64,000 bases of DNA from an uncultured Fibrobacterota bacterium. Lineage in GTDB: Bacteria > Fibrobacterota > Chitinivibrionia > Chitinivibrionales > FEN-1185. The position numbers and the translations under genes are program-made. The notes below the pieces were generated by a model, which searched no databases, was not told where the DNA came from, and saw nothing but the letters and a program-made list of their open reading frames with translations. Of this stretch, positions 54,269 to 64,000 are shown piece by piece. The first letter of the stretch is position 1, and each line of letters starts with the position of its first letter. The stretch covers positions 225,323 through 289,322 of the forward strand of contig CAVWBU010000041.1 of the NCBI GenBank assembly GCA_963753345.1, in the 5' to 3' direction.

Positions 54269-54628
54269 TCAACGGCCAATCCCTTGTTTGGTTGAGTTGA
54301 TGATGCTGGTAAGTAATTTCAAGAGTTCCTTGTTGGCATCTATGAAAGATTCAGCTTCGTTGGTATTTAGATAGCCGGTTTCCCGAAGAAGCAAAAACCA
54401 GTATTCCGTTTCGTTGGCTTCCTTGAGAGCTATCGCCATCTTATGAATAAAATCAGGTTTGCTTTCAGCCTGTTCCGCCTCACGGACCAAGGCACCGATT
54501 GCCGTGCCGGACCGCAACAATTGTTTGGATAATACACGTTCCTTCTTCTCAGTAGATAATTGCTTATACAGGTTCACAACCCGAACTGCAAACGTAAAGG
54601 CCTTGGTTTGAAGTGCTCCGTCTCTCAT
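54269..54628 (-). CDS. Four-helix-bundle protein (23S IVP/bAvd-like)
   Basis: KQLLRSGTAIGALVREA, DFIHKMAIALKEANETEYW; flanked by heptamer repeats. Confidence 0.88.
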   Translation of the reverse strand: MRDGALQTKAFTFAVRVVNLYKQLSTEKKERVLSKQLLRSGTAIGALVREAEQAESKPDFIHKMAIALKEANETEYWFLLLRETGYLNTNEAESFIDANKELLKLLTSIINSTKQGIGR

Positions 54629-54629
54629 T

Positions 54630-54806
54630 ATTCATTATCCATTGTTCGTTGGCAATTGACAATTGATAATGTACAATGGTCAATTATCATCGGGCAATCC
54701 CGTCTTTCATTGTCCATTGCTCATTGTCCACTTTCGATTGATTATTGTCAATCATTTATTTTCTATTGTTCATTGTCCACTTTCAATTGTTCATTGTCAA
54801 TTGTCC
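54630..54806. repeat. Degenerate 7-bp tandem repeats (CATTGTC/AATTGTC); partner tract at 54236-54270
   Basis: cattgtccattgctcattgtcc..., caattgttcattgtcaattgtc. Confidence 0.85.
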
Positions 54807-56070
54807 CGTGAATGCCTGGTGAAGAAGGGATTTTTTCAACGTCATCAAGCGCGGCGAGTTTCTGTTGGTAGATGGATTCGAGGTGTTGGGTTTCTTGCAA
54901 CGTAGCTTCGCAATTTCCCAGCTAATCGCGATCTTGCTCTCGGCGAGGTGGTACAGGAATCGGCATAACTCTAGTATCTACAATTGACACGCATTTGGTT
55001 GCATCAAGGTATTTACTCGCTCCTTGACATGAGTCTGAGAACTGCATTCGTAGTTAAGTGAGTAAAATAGAAATCGTCGTGCAAATAGTCTTGGGCGAAT
55101 CAGCGAGCTGTATTGCACAGCGACACGCTGGTTCAGAAGCGCACCATCATAATTCATCGGGTACAACCGCGACCTTGACCCAACGGCGATACATCGTGCG
55201 GGTCAAGGCAACAACATACGCCATTCATCAGCCGATAGCTTCGTCAAATATTGTCAAAAGTTATCGGGGAATCGCTGTCCATTCACTAACAAACTCTCCG
55301 ATCCAAATTAGTGACTCTTGATGCATTTTATGCCGTTTTACGTGAGCAATCCGTACTTTCGAATGCATATTACCATTTAGAATCAAAGCGGAAAAGTAGC
55401 AAGTGGTTTTTCAGCTCCAACCCTCCCCCATTGAGAAAAAACGAATTGCAGATGGCTTTCAAACAGGGCCCGCGCATTCTGCAGATTCTTTTCGGCGTTG
55501 GCTTTGGCGGTGGCGATGCCCTCAAACGCTTTGTCAAGGATGCCGACGATGCGGTGCTGTTCGGGAAGCGGGGGGACAGGAACCTGGGTATTTCTCAACT
55601 TGATTTGCGAAATACTTCCTTGTGCGTTTCCGGTGGCTTGCTCCACCAATTCATCTTTTCATGAAAGCAGAAAGAAGAAAAACAAACTCTGGGACGAAAT
55701 GGTTGTATCGGCAATATCCCGCATACTGCTTGATTCGTGGTTGCCTCAAACCGCGTTGGGTACTTCCCACTAGACCAGCTGTTACCGGAGCGCGACATTG
55801 CCACTAAGACCGTATCCTTCGGCAAATATTTTGGCAGAAGAATTCTCAAGTCCGCAATTTTGTAATAAATTTTGTAGCGGACCGAATTTCACCATTGACT
55901 CACTTCACTGAATTCAGGAACCAAGGAATTGTCCCTCCTTCGTAGTATTCCTTTTTAGCCATAAGCGGCGTACCACCCGCACCGGTTTGACAGACATCCC
56001 CCAGCCTTTTTATTTCCCACCCATCCTTCCCATTACTCCCATTCTTCCCATTACTCTCATTCTTGCTCAC
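54783..56070 (-). pseudogene. hsdS: Type I specificity subunit, multiply frameshifted as assembled
   Basis: GTG...GWEIKRLGDVCQTGAGGTP...EYYEGGTIPW; VPPLPEQHRIVGILDKAFEGIATAKANAEKNLQNARALFES; ends LKKSLLHQAFTGQL. Confidence 0.85.
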
Positions 56071-56145
56071 AGCATCCCCCGAATCTTCCCCAGCACCTCC
56101 GCGCTCTCCGCCGCTTCTCCAAAACCCCGTTTTTTCATTCCCCGC
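56064..56145. repeat. hsdM 3'-end direct repeat (other copies at 56770-56851 and 57396-57438)
   Basis: 82 bp with 1 mismatch to 56770-56851; 43 bp with about 5 mismatches to the hsdM end. Confidence 0.93.
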
Positions 56146-56776
56146 TCCTTTGCCCTTCCCTCGCCTGCAACCTCGCCCTTGTCATTCGCTCCCGTAAACC
56201 GCCCTCTTTCAGAAAATCCTGCTCCAAACGGCGGAGCTGTTGGTCAACCAGATAGTTGGTCTGGTGTATAAGGCAAAGCGCGATGTTTGCAACAACTTCG
56301 GGCGGGCGGGTTTCCACGAACGTGCGGTAGTCTTCATACGTTTGCGGCGTTTTGCGGCCCAGGTTTCGCACGTACTGCGCCTCTTTGGAGTCTTTGTCCC
56401 AAATGGGCAGGTCGCGCGCGCGAAGAAAGTCTTTGTAGTCGTCCAGCAATTCTTCAAGACTGGCCCGCGCCACGTTGGTGAGCTTGATCTCGGTTTCCTT
56501 GGATGTCAACGCGGCCTTGCTGCCCTCCAGAATATTCTTTTTCCCTGATCGGGCAGACTGCACCATTTGATCGATGGTGCGGTCCCCCTTAGCAAGAAAC
56601 TTATGCGCGAAGCGGAAGGTGATATCATAAATAACTTCGGCCTTCTGGAAAGACAGCAGTGTCTGGTAGTCGCCTCGGGGCGGTATTATAGGATGGGAGT
56701 TATGGGAATGATGCGACGGATGATGCCCGCTCATCATATTTATCCCATTCTTCCCATCACTCCTATTCGTGCTCAC
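56135..56776 (-). CDS. Four-helix-bundle suffix-domain protein
   Basis: RTIDQMVQSARSGKKNILEGS, VARASLEELLDDYKDFL, FLKEGGLRERMTRAR. Confidence 0.85.
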   Translation of the reverse strand: MSTNRSDGKNGINMMSGHHPSHHSHNSHPIIPPRGDYQTLLSFQKAEVIYDITFRFAHKFLAKGDRTIDQMVQSARSGKKNILEGSKAALTSKETEIKLTNVARASLEELLDDYKDFLRARDLPIWDKDSKEAQYVRNLGRKTPQTYEDYRTFVETRPPEVVANIALCLIHQTNYLVDQQLRRLEQDFLKEGGLRERMTRARLQAREGQRSGE

Positions 56777-57399
56777 AGCATCCCCCGAATCTTTCCCAGC
56801 ACCTCCGCGCTCTCCGCCGCTTCTCCAAAACCCCGTTTTTTCATTCCCCGCCCCATTCCTTCAATTTTTTCCTCCAGGCTGCTGCCGAATTGCCGTTTGA
56901 GTTCGCGCAATGCCCAGTTCTGGGTTGTCGCTTCGATTTCATAGAAGCTGCGCTCATCATGGTTGTTGATGCTCAGGAGAAAAACGTAATGCGACCAGCT
57001 CAGGGAAAACGGGGTTTTCGCAGGAGGTAATGGCGCATTCACCTTGTCCGATTGTGCAGACGGTGTCTGCGTTTTCTTTGGGGAAGGTAATTGCGCAGAC
57101 ACTGTCTGCGTAATTGCGGATTGACGTTTTGCATAGTATACATAAAAACGCCGCATGAGTTCGAGGTTCCGCTTTGAAAACCCGTCTCCGAATTCCTTCG
57201 TCAAACGTTCCGAAAGAGTTTTGAGAACCAGTTCCCCATAAGCCGCCCTGACCTTACCTCTTTGTTCTTCTTCAACAATGCGCCGGCCGATTTCAAAGTT
57301 TGTGTGAACCTGTACCAGATCGATCCCGCGCGCCACCGTTGTGCGGGCTGAGCGTATCAATTCACGAATTTCCTCGACAAACGATTTGCTCAGGTTCAC
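56773..57399 (-). CDS. DUF1016/YhcG N-terminal domain only, fused to an hsdM-like tail
   Basis: EIGRRIVEEEQRG, GFSKRNLELMRRFY, LSWSHY, RSFYEIEA; ends ESAEVLGKIRGML. Confidence 0.82.
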   Translation of the reverse strand: MNLSKSFVEEIRELIRSARTTVARGIDLVQVHTNFEIGRRIVEEEQRGKVRAAYGELVLKTLSERLTKEFGDGFSKRNLELMRRFYVYYAKRQSAITQTVSAQLPSPKKTQTPSAQSDKVNAPLPPAKTPFSLSWSHYVFLLSINNHDERSFYEIEATTQNWALRELKRQFGSSLEEKIEGMGRGMKKRGFGEAAESAEVLGKIRGML

Positions 57400-58851
57400 A
57401 GCAGCCTCCTGATTTTCCCCAGCACCTCCGCGCTCTCCTTATCCAACTTCGCAATCTCGTCCATAATCACCTTCGGGCTTCTGTGCTATTACTTCTTCCC
57501 CGCCGTTCGGGTTCTTCACCGACAAATCAAACGTCTCTTTGTCAACCCCCTTTGCATCCACGCTCCAGCTCTTCGGCGAATCAGCGGATTTCTTTTGCAG
57601 CTTTACAAATTCCGCAAGGTCGTCGTCGTTGAGCGGATTGGTCTTGCCCAGGTTGCGGCCCGGATCGAGCTGGTAGTACCAAATCTTATGTGTCGGCGCG
57701 CCCTTCTCAAAAAAGAGAACCACGGTCTTCACGCCTGCGCCCAGGAACGTGCCGCCGGGACAGTCGAGCACGGTGTGCAGGTTACAGCTTTCCAGCAGGA
57801 GCTTACGTAAAGATGTGGACGCGTTGTCGGTATTGGAGAGAAATGTGTTTTTTATGACCACACCGGCCCTGCCGCCTGCCTTGAGCATTTTAATGAAGTG
57901 TTGCAGGAACAAAAATGCCGTCTCGCCGGTGCGGATCGGGAAGTTCTGCTGGACCTCATTGCGTTCCTTGCCGCCAAACGGAGGATTGGCAAGGATAATG
58001 TCGAAGCGGTCTTTTTCCTGTATGTCGGCAAGGTTTTCCGTAAGCGTATTGGTATGCAGGATATTCGGCGCCTCAATACCGTGCAGGATCATGTTCATGA
58101 TCGCGATGACGTATGCGAGTGATTTCTTCTCTTTTCCGTAGAATGTGCGGGTCTGGAGCATGGCGAGGTCTTTTGTGGTGAGCTTTCCATTTCCCTTCAT
58201 ATACACAAACGACTCGCACAGGAAACCTGCCGAACCGCAAGCGCCGTCGTAGATGCGTTCGCCAATGCTGGGCTTGACCACCTGCACCATGGCGCGTATG
58301 AGCGGGCGCGGAGTGTAATACTCGCCGCCGTTGCGCCCGGCGTTGCCCATGCGCTGTATCTTTGCTTCGTAGAGATGCGACAGCTCAAACTTCTCCGTCT
58401 GGGAGCGAAAGCGCAGCTCGTCTATGTGGTCAATGATCTCCCGCAGGTTGTATCCGCTGGAGATTTTATTTTTGATTTCCCCGAATATCTCCCCTATTTT
58501 GTATTCGATTGTGTTGGGGCCGCTGGCCTTTTCCTTGAACTTGTGCAAGTAGGGAAACAGTTTGTTGTTGACAAAATCACGTAGATCGTCGCCGGTTTGG
58601 GCGGCGCTGTGGTCGAGCTTGCCGTCTTTTCCCTTGGGCGCGGCCCAGGTTTCCCAGCGATATGGTTTATCAAGGATGTAGGCGTATTTCTTGCCGTCCA
58701 GCGCGGCTTCATCGGCGCGGTCCTGCTCCAGCCCGTCAAGGTATTTCAGGAACAGCAGCCACGAAGTCTGTTCCGTGTAGTCAAGTTCGGTAGTGCATCC
58801 CGCTTCTTTCCAGAGGACATCGTCTATGTTTTTGAAGGCTTGTTCGAACAT
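57396..58851 (-). CDS. hsdM: Type I methyltransferase subunit; frameshift near 57485
   Basis: GEYYTPR, DGACGSAGF, NPPF; alternate frame gives the expected end HRSPKVIMDEIAKLDKESAEVLGKIRRLL. Confidence 0.93.
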
Positions 58852-59183
58852 GGAGAACCTTTTCCACCGTTTTGTCGTTAATGTTAAGGTCAGGGCGATA
58901 CAGGGCGGCTTATGTCATTATACAATTAAATCCGATATGAAGAAATATAGAATTCCCCAGCGTTGAAAACTATCCGGGTTGGCTATGGGGTCCACGAAGG
59001 TCCGCTTGAGGTCCAGCCGGGTGAATGGGTGGCTGCCTGGAAGACCCGGCGCGCGTTGTGGCATGAATGCGGATTAAGAAAGACAGGAGGGAGGAATTCG
59101 GAGCGCCATCAGGGCGGTACATCGAGGGCGAGCAATTGGCTGTGTGGGTTATAGATGACCAAGAAAGAGCGATTAGAGAAGGG

Positions 59184-59639
59184 CTACCCCAGCAAGTCTT
59201 TGTCGATCTTCTTAACGACAGGGCTTTCTTTGATGGCTTGAACAATCTTATCTTTCAATTCTTGTGGAATATCTGCATCTCGACGTTCAACTGAAAAGGT
59301 TTCTCTCACGACAAGGTATCTAAACGTTTCAAGATCAAACGACATGGCAAGATTGCATTCGACTACAGTTTCAGGGTTGGTGAGAAAGGAAAACGTTCCA
59401 GGAAGAATTGGAATGAGGGAATTCATTGCCGCATTATCCCCGGTCCTTTCATAATGTTCAATTCTGCTGTGCAGTTGGCTTGTTATAATGCAAACCAGAA
59501 TCACAGTCTCGCGGCCAACAGGAACACCCACCCAAAAGTGAGGCTTAGGGTCACCTTTTCTCTTAAAATGGCAGATTGAAAAACCGCGCTTGGGAATTTG
59601 ATTGAAGAGGGCGACGAACGGGTCGAGCCGCGCACTCAC
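59184..59639 (-). CDS. Putative toxin partner of a Panacea antitoxin (possibly PemK/MazF-like)
   Basis: Starts 3 nt after antitoxin stop; KPHFWV...VILVCIITSQ...ETVVECN pattern. Confidence 0.6.
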   Translation of the reverse strand: MSARLDPFVALFNQIPKRGFSICHFKRKGDPKPHFWVGVPVGRETVILVCIITSQLHSRIEHYERTGDNAAMNSLIPILPGTFSFLTNPETVVECNLAMSFDLETFRYLVVRETFSVERRDADIPQELKDKIVQAIKESPVVKKIDKDLLG

Positions 59640-59642
59640 GGA

Positions 59643-60236
59643 TCAACAATCCGTGAAAAGTTCGCGCGCCTGTTCCACATCGGCCTTCGTCAGGCCTAAT
59701 CGCTCGTCAATAACGCTGAAAAGCTCTATCTCCGGGATCTTCCTTCTAGGATTCGATCTAGGCTCCGCCTTGAAGACGTGCTCGTGCTTTTTCCATTCGG
59801 GGTATTCGTGCGTATAGTCACGAAGAGCAAAGGATCCCATTGCTCCGAATTCCTTGAGCGTAAAGTCAAGCGCCTTCTTATCGGAGTCCGAAAGGAGTTC
59901 AAAATCGCATCTTTGGTTTCTGCTCCTATACGAATCCTCGAATTTTTCCAGGTGGCGCTCTACGCTTGAGAGCACATCTCCGGCCAGTGAGTTGGTCCTG
60001 TTGTCGTCAAACGACAAAATGTTTTTAGCCATCAGGCCAACAGGCCCCATTTTCCTTGCCCAATATTCATCCCCGGTGACCGTGCGCCCATAGTGCAAAA
60101 GGTGGTATTTGTCGGAAAGAAAAAGAAGCTTGATAATCTGAATTCTGTCGAGCTCTCTATGAGATCTCAACAGGTACAAAATCGCTTGAATTACGGTGAG
60201 TGCTGTTTTCTGCATGATTCGAGCCCGATGGAACAT
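59643..60236 (-). CDS. Panacea (SocA/DUF4065) antitoxin-domain protein
   Basis: IIKLLFLSDKYHLLHYGRTVTGDEY...MGPV; LRDYTHEYPEWK. Confidence 0.85.
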   Translation of the reverse strand: MFHRARIMQKTALTVIQAILYLLRSHRELDRIQIIKLLFLSDKYHLLHYGRTVTGDEYWARKMGPVGLMAKNILSFDDNRTNSLAGDVLSSVERHLEKFEDSYRSRNQRCDFELLSDSDKKALDFTLKEFGAMGSFALRDYTHEYPEWKKHEHVFKAEPRSNPRRKIPEIELFSVIDERLGLTKADVEQARELFTDC

Positions 60237-60896
60237 CGGTGTGGGTCCTTTTTAATATATCCTTTTTACGCCCAATTTGCAACCCTAAAGTGAGTTCCCT
60301 CACCCTCGCTTTGATGAATGCCGATCCGAACGCTCAGCGCACACACCCTTTTTCCCCTTCTAACTCATCAAAAATACGCGCCAACGGCCCAGAAATTAAG
60401 CCTGGATTTCCCGCCTTTGTTGGAATGGCCTTGACTACGGCCCGGTGTCCGGTCGACAACTGCCACCAGTTCTTAATGATCCCACCCTTCCTCGAAACCA
60501 AGATGCCGTTTTTGAGCCAATTTCGCCCCTCATCCCTCTCGACTTCGCGGCAGGCGGCAGATTGATCGCCTGGAACGGAAGCAATGGCTCAAGAAGAATG
60601 GGGCGGCGATGGATGCGGAAAATGTAAATGATTAAAGGGAAGAATTCTTTCTTAGCGTTGACCCGATGCCGCACCCCGCGTTTTCTTCTTGCTATTGTCC
60701 AACAAGAGTTTCTATATTGTGCATGAGCTTGACGGCGGATAAGACGGGCGAAGCAGTTGAAGGGTCGGCAATGTCGCTAACTGTCAAGAATAAATCCTTG
60801 ACGCTTTCCCGCCTTCCCAAAAAGTTAAACATGCATGATTCAATCAGAATTGCCCATCCGGAAAACGCGGTGAATAACCTACTCAGGAGGCGCGCT

Positions 60897-62969
60897 ATGC
60901 AGTTCAATTTCATTCGGTGTAACGTGTTCAGTGCCCTGATCATCATTGTCGGCATGTTCGGATCGGTTCATGCAGATTGGGTGTGGACCTGGCGGGCGCC
61001 TAAGCCGACCGGCTCAACGACAAACAGCGGCTGGAACTTTTCAAGCAGCGAGTATCTGCTTGTAGGCAAGGCGGGAACGATCATCCACACAATCGACGGC
61101 GGCACGAGCTGGCAGCGCCTGCCAGCTGCGACTACGGAAGACCTTTCTTGTGTTTACTTCTCGGACGCAAATCACGGATGGGCCTGCGGCTCAAACGGCG
61201 TGGTATTGCGCACCGTGAATCACGGCAATTCCTGGTCCGTAATCCAGAGCGGCGCGGGAACCCTTAACGGCATCTGCTTTCATGGATTAGACACCGGATG
61301 GGCAGTGGGCGCCCTAGGCATGATTGTCAAAAGCACGGACAGTGGCGCTTCATGGCTCACCAATGACAGCCGTACCACCGAGAACCTTTGTGCCGTATTA
61401 TTTACCAGCGGTACCAATGGCTATAGCTGCGGAACGAATGGCATGATTACCAAAACAACAAATGGCGGCAACATCTGGCTTCCAATAGCGAGCAGCACCA
61501 GCAACGCATTGCACGATTTGGCCTCCAGCGGCACCACGATATTCGCCGGCGGAGCGAACGGCACTGTTGTCATGAGCACTGACGCAGGCCAAACCTGGAA
61601 CAGCACAGGCGCCTCGACCGGGTTCGCAGTAAATGGTCTTGCAGCCCCAGCCCCCGGCATTCTCTGGGCAGTCGGCCCCGGAGGGAGTGTCTCGGCGTCC
61701 GGTGACAATGGCGCAACGTGGCTCGACAAGAATTTGCCGCCGGGAGTGGATGAGCCCCGTCCTTTTTCCGATGATTTGTACGGGTGCGCTTTTGGCAGCG
61801 CCACGCAGGGCGTCATATTCGGCAAAGACGGCGCGCTTTATTCGACCCAGAACAATGGGGCATCCTGGAACAGCGGCGTTACCCGGTTGACCGGCCAAGA
61901 CCTCAAGTGTCCCGCATTCTCGGACACAATCCACGGGTTCTGCATCGGTGATTCCCTTTCCCTTTTCGGAACCACAGACGGAGGCGCGACCTGGCATACT
62001 GCGGGAGCGGGTATCCATTTCATCCAGCTTTTTTCCGATGGAACAGGCATACGCCTGAATGACACAACGTTTGAACAGACCTCAGATCACGGCGTAACCT
62101 GGACAAAATCAGGTACCCTGCAAAATAACAATCTGATCTTCCCTTTGTACGGGTTCATTTCGGCAAATACTGGGTATATCTTTGCGGCGGGAACTGCTTC
62201 GTACAAAACCACCAACGGCGGTACGACGTGGGCCCAAACGACGCGCGACTATGTCGACTGGCCCCAGGATTTTTCGCTGGTCGGAGATAGCTGCGTTTGG
62301 CTCCTGGATCAGTCCAGCGGCAATCCGCTACGGAGCATCGATGCGGGAGCGACCTGGACCACGTGCGCCGGTTCCCTTTACAACCCGCGGGCGGTTTTCG
62401 GCTTGAGCGCCTCTACCGCATGGTTCGGCAGTTCAAACGGCACGCTGTACAAAACAATCAATGGAGGATCCACGTTAACCGAGGTCAACCCCCAGATGGG
62501 TGCAACGTCGGTGGTGGATATCTACTTTTCGTCTGCCGACACGGGTTTCGCAGTGTTCGACAGCGGTCGCGTTGCCATGACCTGTGACGCTGGCGTAACG
62601 TGGCAGGTGGCGAGCATCGGTTGCAGCGCAAATCTTACCGCAGTGGCCGGCGCTGGCCCAGGGCGGACTGTGCTTGTCGGCGATAATGGTGTAATAGTCA
62701 CTGGCCAAAACCAGACCATAAGCGCGGTGCGTCCCTATAGGAGGGAAATCGCGCAAAACCCCGGATTCATGCTCTCACGCACCGGACGTCAGCTCCTTGT
62801 CAGCATGGCCAAACCGGGCAAAATCCGTCTCTTCGACATGGCCGGGCGTTTACTCATGCAACAGACCGGCACCCGGCTGTGCTTGCTTCTGCCGACCGTG
62901 CCTGGCATCTATATTGTGGAGGCTGTCACAGAAACCGCTACCTTTGCCCAGCGCCTCCTGGTTCATTGA
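60897..62969 (+). CDS. Secreted YCF48/BNR-repeat beta-propeller protein with T9SS-like tail
   Basis: AGGAGG RBS, signal peptide, many T-x-D-G-G-x-x-W boxes; tail IRLFDMAGRLL...PGIYIVEA. Confidence 0.88.
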   Translation: MQFNFIRCNVFSALIIIVGMFGSVHADWVWTWRAPKPTGSTTNSGWNFSSSEYLLVGKAGTIIHTIDGGTSWQRLPAATTEDLSCVYFSDANHGWACGSNGVVLRTVNHGNSWSVIQSGAGTLNGICFHGLDTGWAVGALGMIVKSTDSGASWLTNDSRTTENLCAVLFTSGTNGYSCGTNGMITKTTNGGNIWLPIASSTSNALHDLASSGTTIFAGGANGTVVMSTDAGQTWNSTGASTGFAVNGLAAPAPGILWAVGPGGSVSASGDNGATWLDKNLPPGVDEPRPFSDDLYGCAFGSATQGVIFGKDGALYSTQNNGASWNSGVTRLTGQDLKCPAFSDTIHGFCIGDSLSLFGTTDGGATWHTAGAGIHFIQLFSDGTGIRLNDTTFEQTSDHGVTWTKSGTLQNNNLIFPLYGFISANTGYIFAAGTASYKTTNGGTTWAQTTRDYVDWPQDFSLVGDSCVWLLDQSSGNPLRSIDAGATWTTCAGSLYNPRAVFGLSASTAWFGSSNGTLYKTINGGSTLTEVNPQMGATSVVDIYFSSADTGFAVFDSGRVAMTCDAGVTWQVASIGCSANLTAVAGAGPGRTVLVGDNGVIVTGQNQTISAVRPYRREIAQNPGFMLSRTGRQLLVSMAKPGKIRLFDMAGRLLMQQTGTRLCLLLPTVPGIYIVEAVTETATFAQRLLVH

Positions 62970-63212
62970 ACCGAGCGGGCGCGCCTTCGCTACAAATAGA
63001 AATAATGCCGTGCGTTTCCGCTTGTAACGTTGCACAGGGCCGTGCAACGTTACAAGCGGAGGGTTCTCCCAATTTCTGAATCTGAGCCTGCTTGATCCCC
63101 ATGCCAACCGCCCTGCCTGCGGCAGGCAGGTTTGACTATTTTTCATGAAACACTTTGATGTTGATAACTAAAAAGGGGCGTTTGCCCCTCTTCTGCCACA
63201 TGACGCAAGCCT

Positions 63213-63596
63213 TTACATTGCGAGCGCCAAATCAAACGCCCTGCTCTTCTGTGCAGCCCGGTAACCGAACAGCCGTGAGTCGATGAGGCTGTCCTGATCC
63301 CCGTTTCCATCATGGTCGATATGTTCTGCGAAACCGTTTACAAGGTCCCATCCGCTGCGACCATGATTACCTTTCCCGCTGCGGTACAATTCAACCACAC
63401 GCTCCCTCGCGTTCTTGGAACGGGTTGAACCGGAGTCAGGAATCAGTTCGTCAAGGAACTGCCTCACCTGCCGCTCATTGATTGTTTTGTGCGCGAGGAT
63501 TTTCGCCTTATTCACGAACAGGCCGAATGAGGTTATGGACAGGTCGAAACTGATAGAAGTGGATGCTGACTTTTGTATGCTATTGGGAAAAATCAT
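63213..63596 (-). pseudogene. C-terminal fragment of a DUF932-like protein
   Basis: GRSGWDLVNGFAEHIDH...SRLFG...KSRAFDLA; N-terminus absent. Confidence 0.55.
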
Positions 63597-63647
63597 TTAC
63601 TGAAAAAAGGAAAACCATGTAACTCCCTTCAAATATTTTTTCATTTT

Positions 63648-64000
63648 TTACTTTCCTCGGTGCGCGACGATTTTCCTGCACAGGTCGACGAACTGCTCCG
63701 GGTCAAGCCCGCTCTTGCAGTCGTTGATGAGCCACGAGACGATTTCGAATTCCAGGGTGCCCGCTTTCGGATCTCTATGGTCGACCGTGGGCATGAGAAG
63801 GAATTTGTCTTTGTAATCGTCGCCGCCCTCTTTTGCCTTGGTGGAATCCCAGGAGCTGATGAGCTCCCACTGCAGCAGGTCCCCGGTGAAAGGATCGTAT
63901 TGGCCCGCGTCAAGCACCGCCGCGTGTATCTTTTCCTTGTACATGCCCTTGGTGGTCACAAGCGCATAGGGCTTTTTCCGCTTGAGGTCCCTCTGGCGCA
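63648..64000 (-). CDS. Hypothetical protein, possibly HNH-like (5' end outside window)
   Basis: Frame open to window edge; YDPFTG...PTVDHRD...WLINDCKS. Confidence 0.6.
   Translation of the reverse strand, partial: RQRDLKRKKPYALVTTKGMYKEKIHAAVLDAGQYDPFTGDLLQWELISSWDSTKAKEGGDDYKDKFLLMPTVDHRDPKAGTLEFEIVSWLINDCKSGLDPEQFVDLCRKIVAHRGK

Noticed and set aside
54630-54806. CRISPR array
   Set aside because: Period-7 degenerate repeats with no unique spacers, and no cas genes in the window
54269-56776. Diversity-generating retroelement suggested by Avd-like four-helix proteins
   Set aside because: No reverse transcriptase and no TR/VR pair with adenine-specific mismatches

Overview
A GC-rich bacterial chromosomal window. 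The gene set and five secreted proteins with T9SS-like C-terminal tails suggest Fibrobacterota/Chitinivibrionia; this is inferred, not checked. 1-25.8 kb is mostly core genome: tRNA cluster-tuf-rpmG-tRNA-Trp-secE-nusG-rplK-rplA-rplJ-rplL-rpoB, plus clpP, cysS, purM, XPB, purA, pdxA, a cyclophilin, degenerate GGDEF/STAS/cvpA/prepilin peptidase, MFS and lepB. 25.9-28.3 kb is an AT-richer islet with a GHKL-ATPase/STAS/PIN trio and a PD-(D/E)xK nuclease. 29.9-46.3 kb is an accessory region downstream of a complete minus-strand rRNA operon (16S-Ile-Ala-23S-5S, about 46.4-51.6 kb). In it, single genes alternate with at least six whole or degenerate copies of the 5S rRNA or its terminator, resembling a cassette array built on 5S rDNA. 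51.9-64 kb is a defence-type region. Its type I R-M locus repeats the hsdM 3' end three times, and each copy supplies the GTGA stop/start overlap for the next gene (DUF1016-N, four-helix bundle, hsdS). The region also holds a second repeat-flanked four-helix-bundle gene, a Panacea antitoxin-toxin pair and remnants. Several isolated frameshifts probably reflect assembly indels. All calls were made by eye without database searches.
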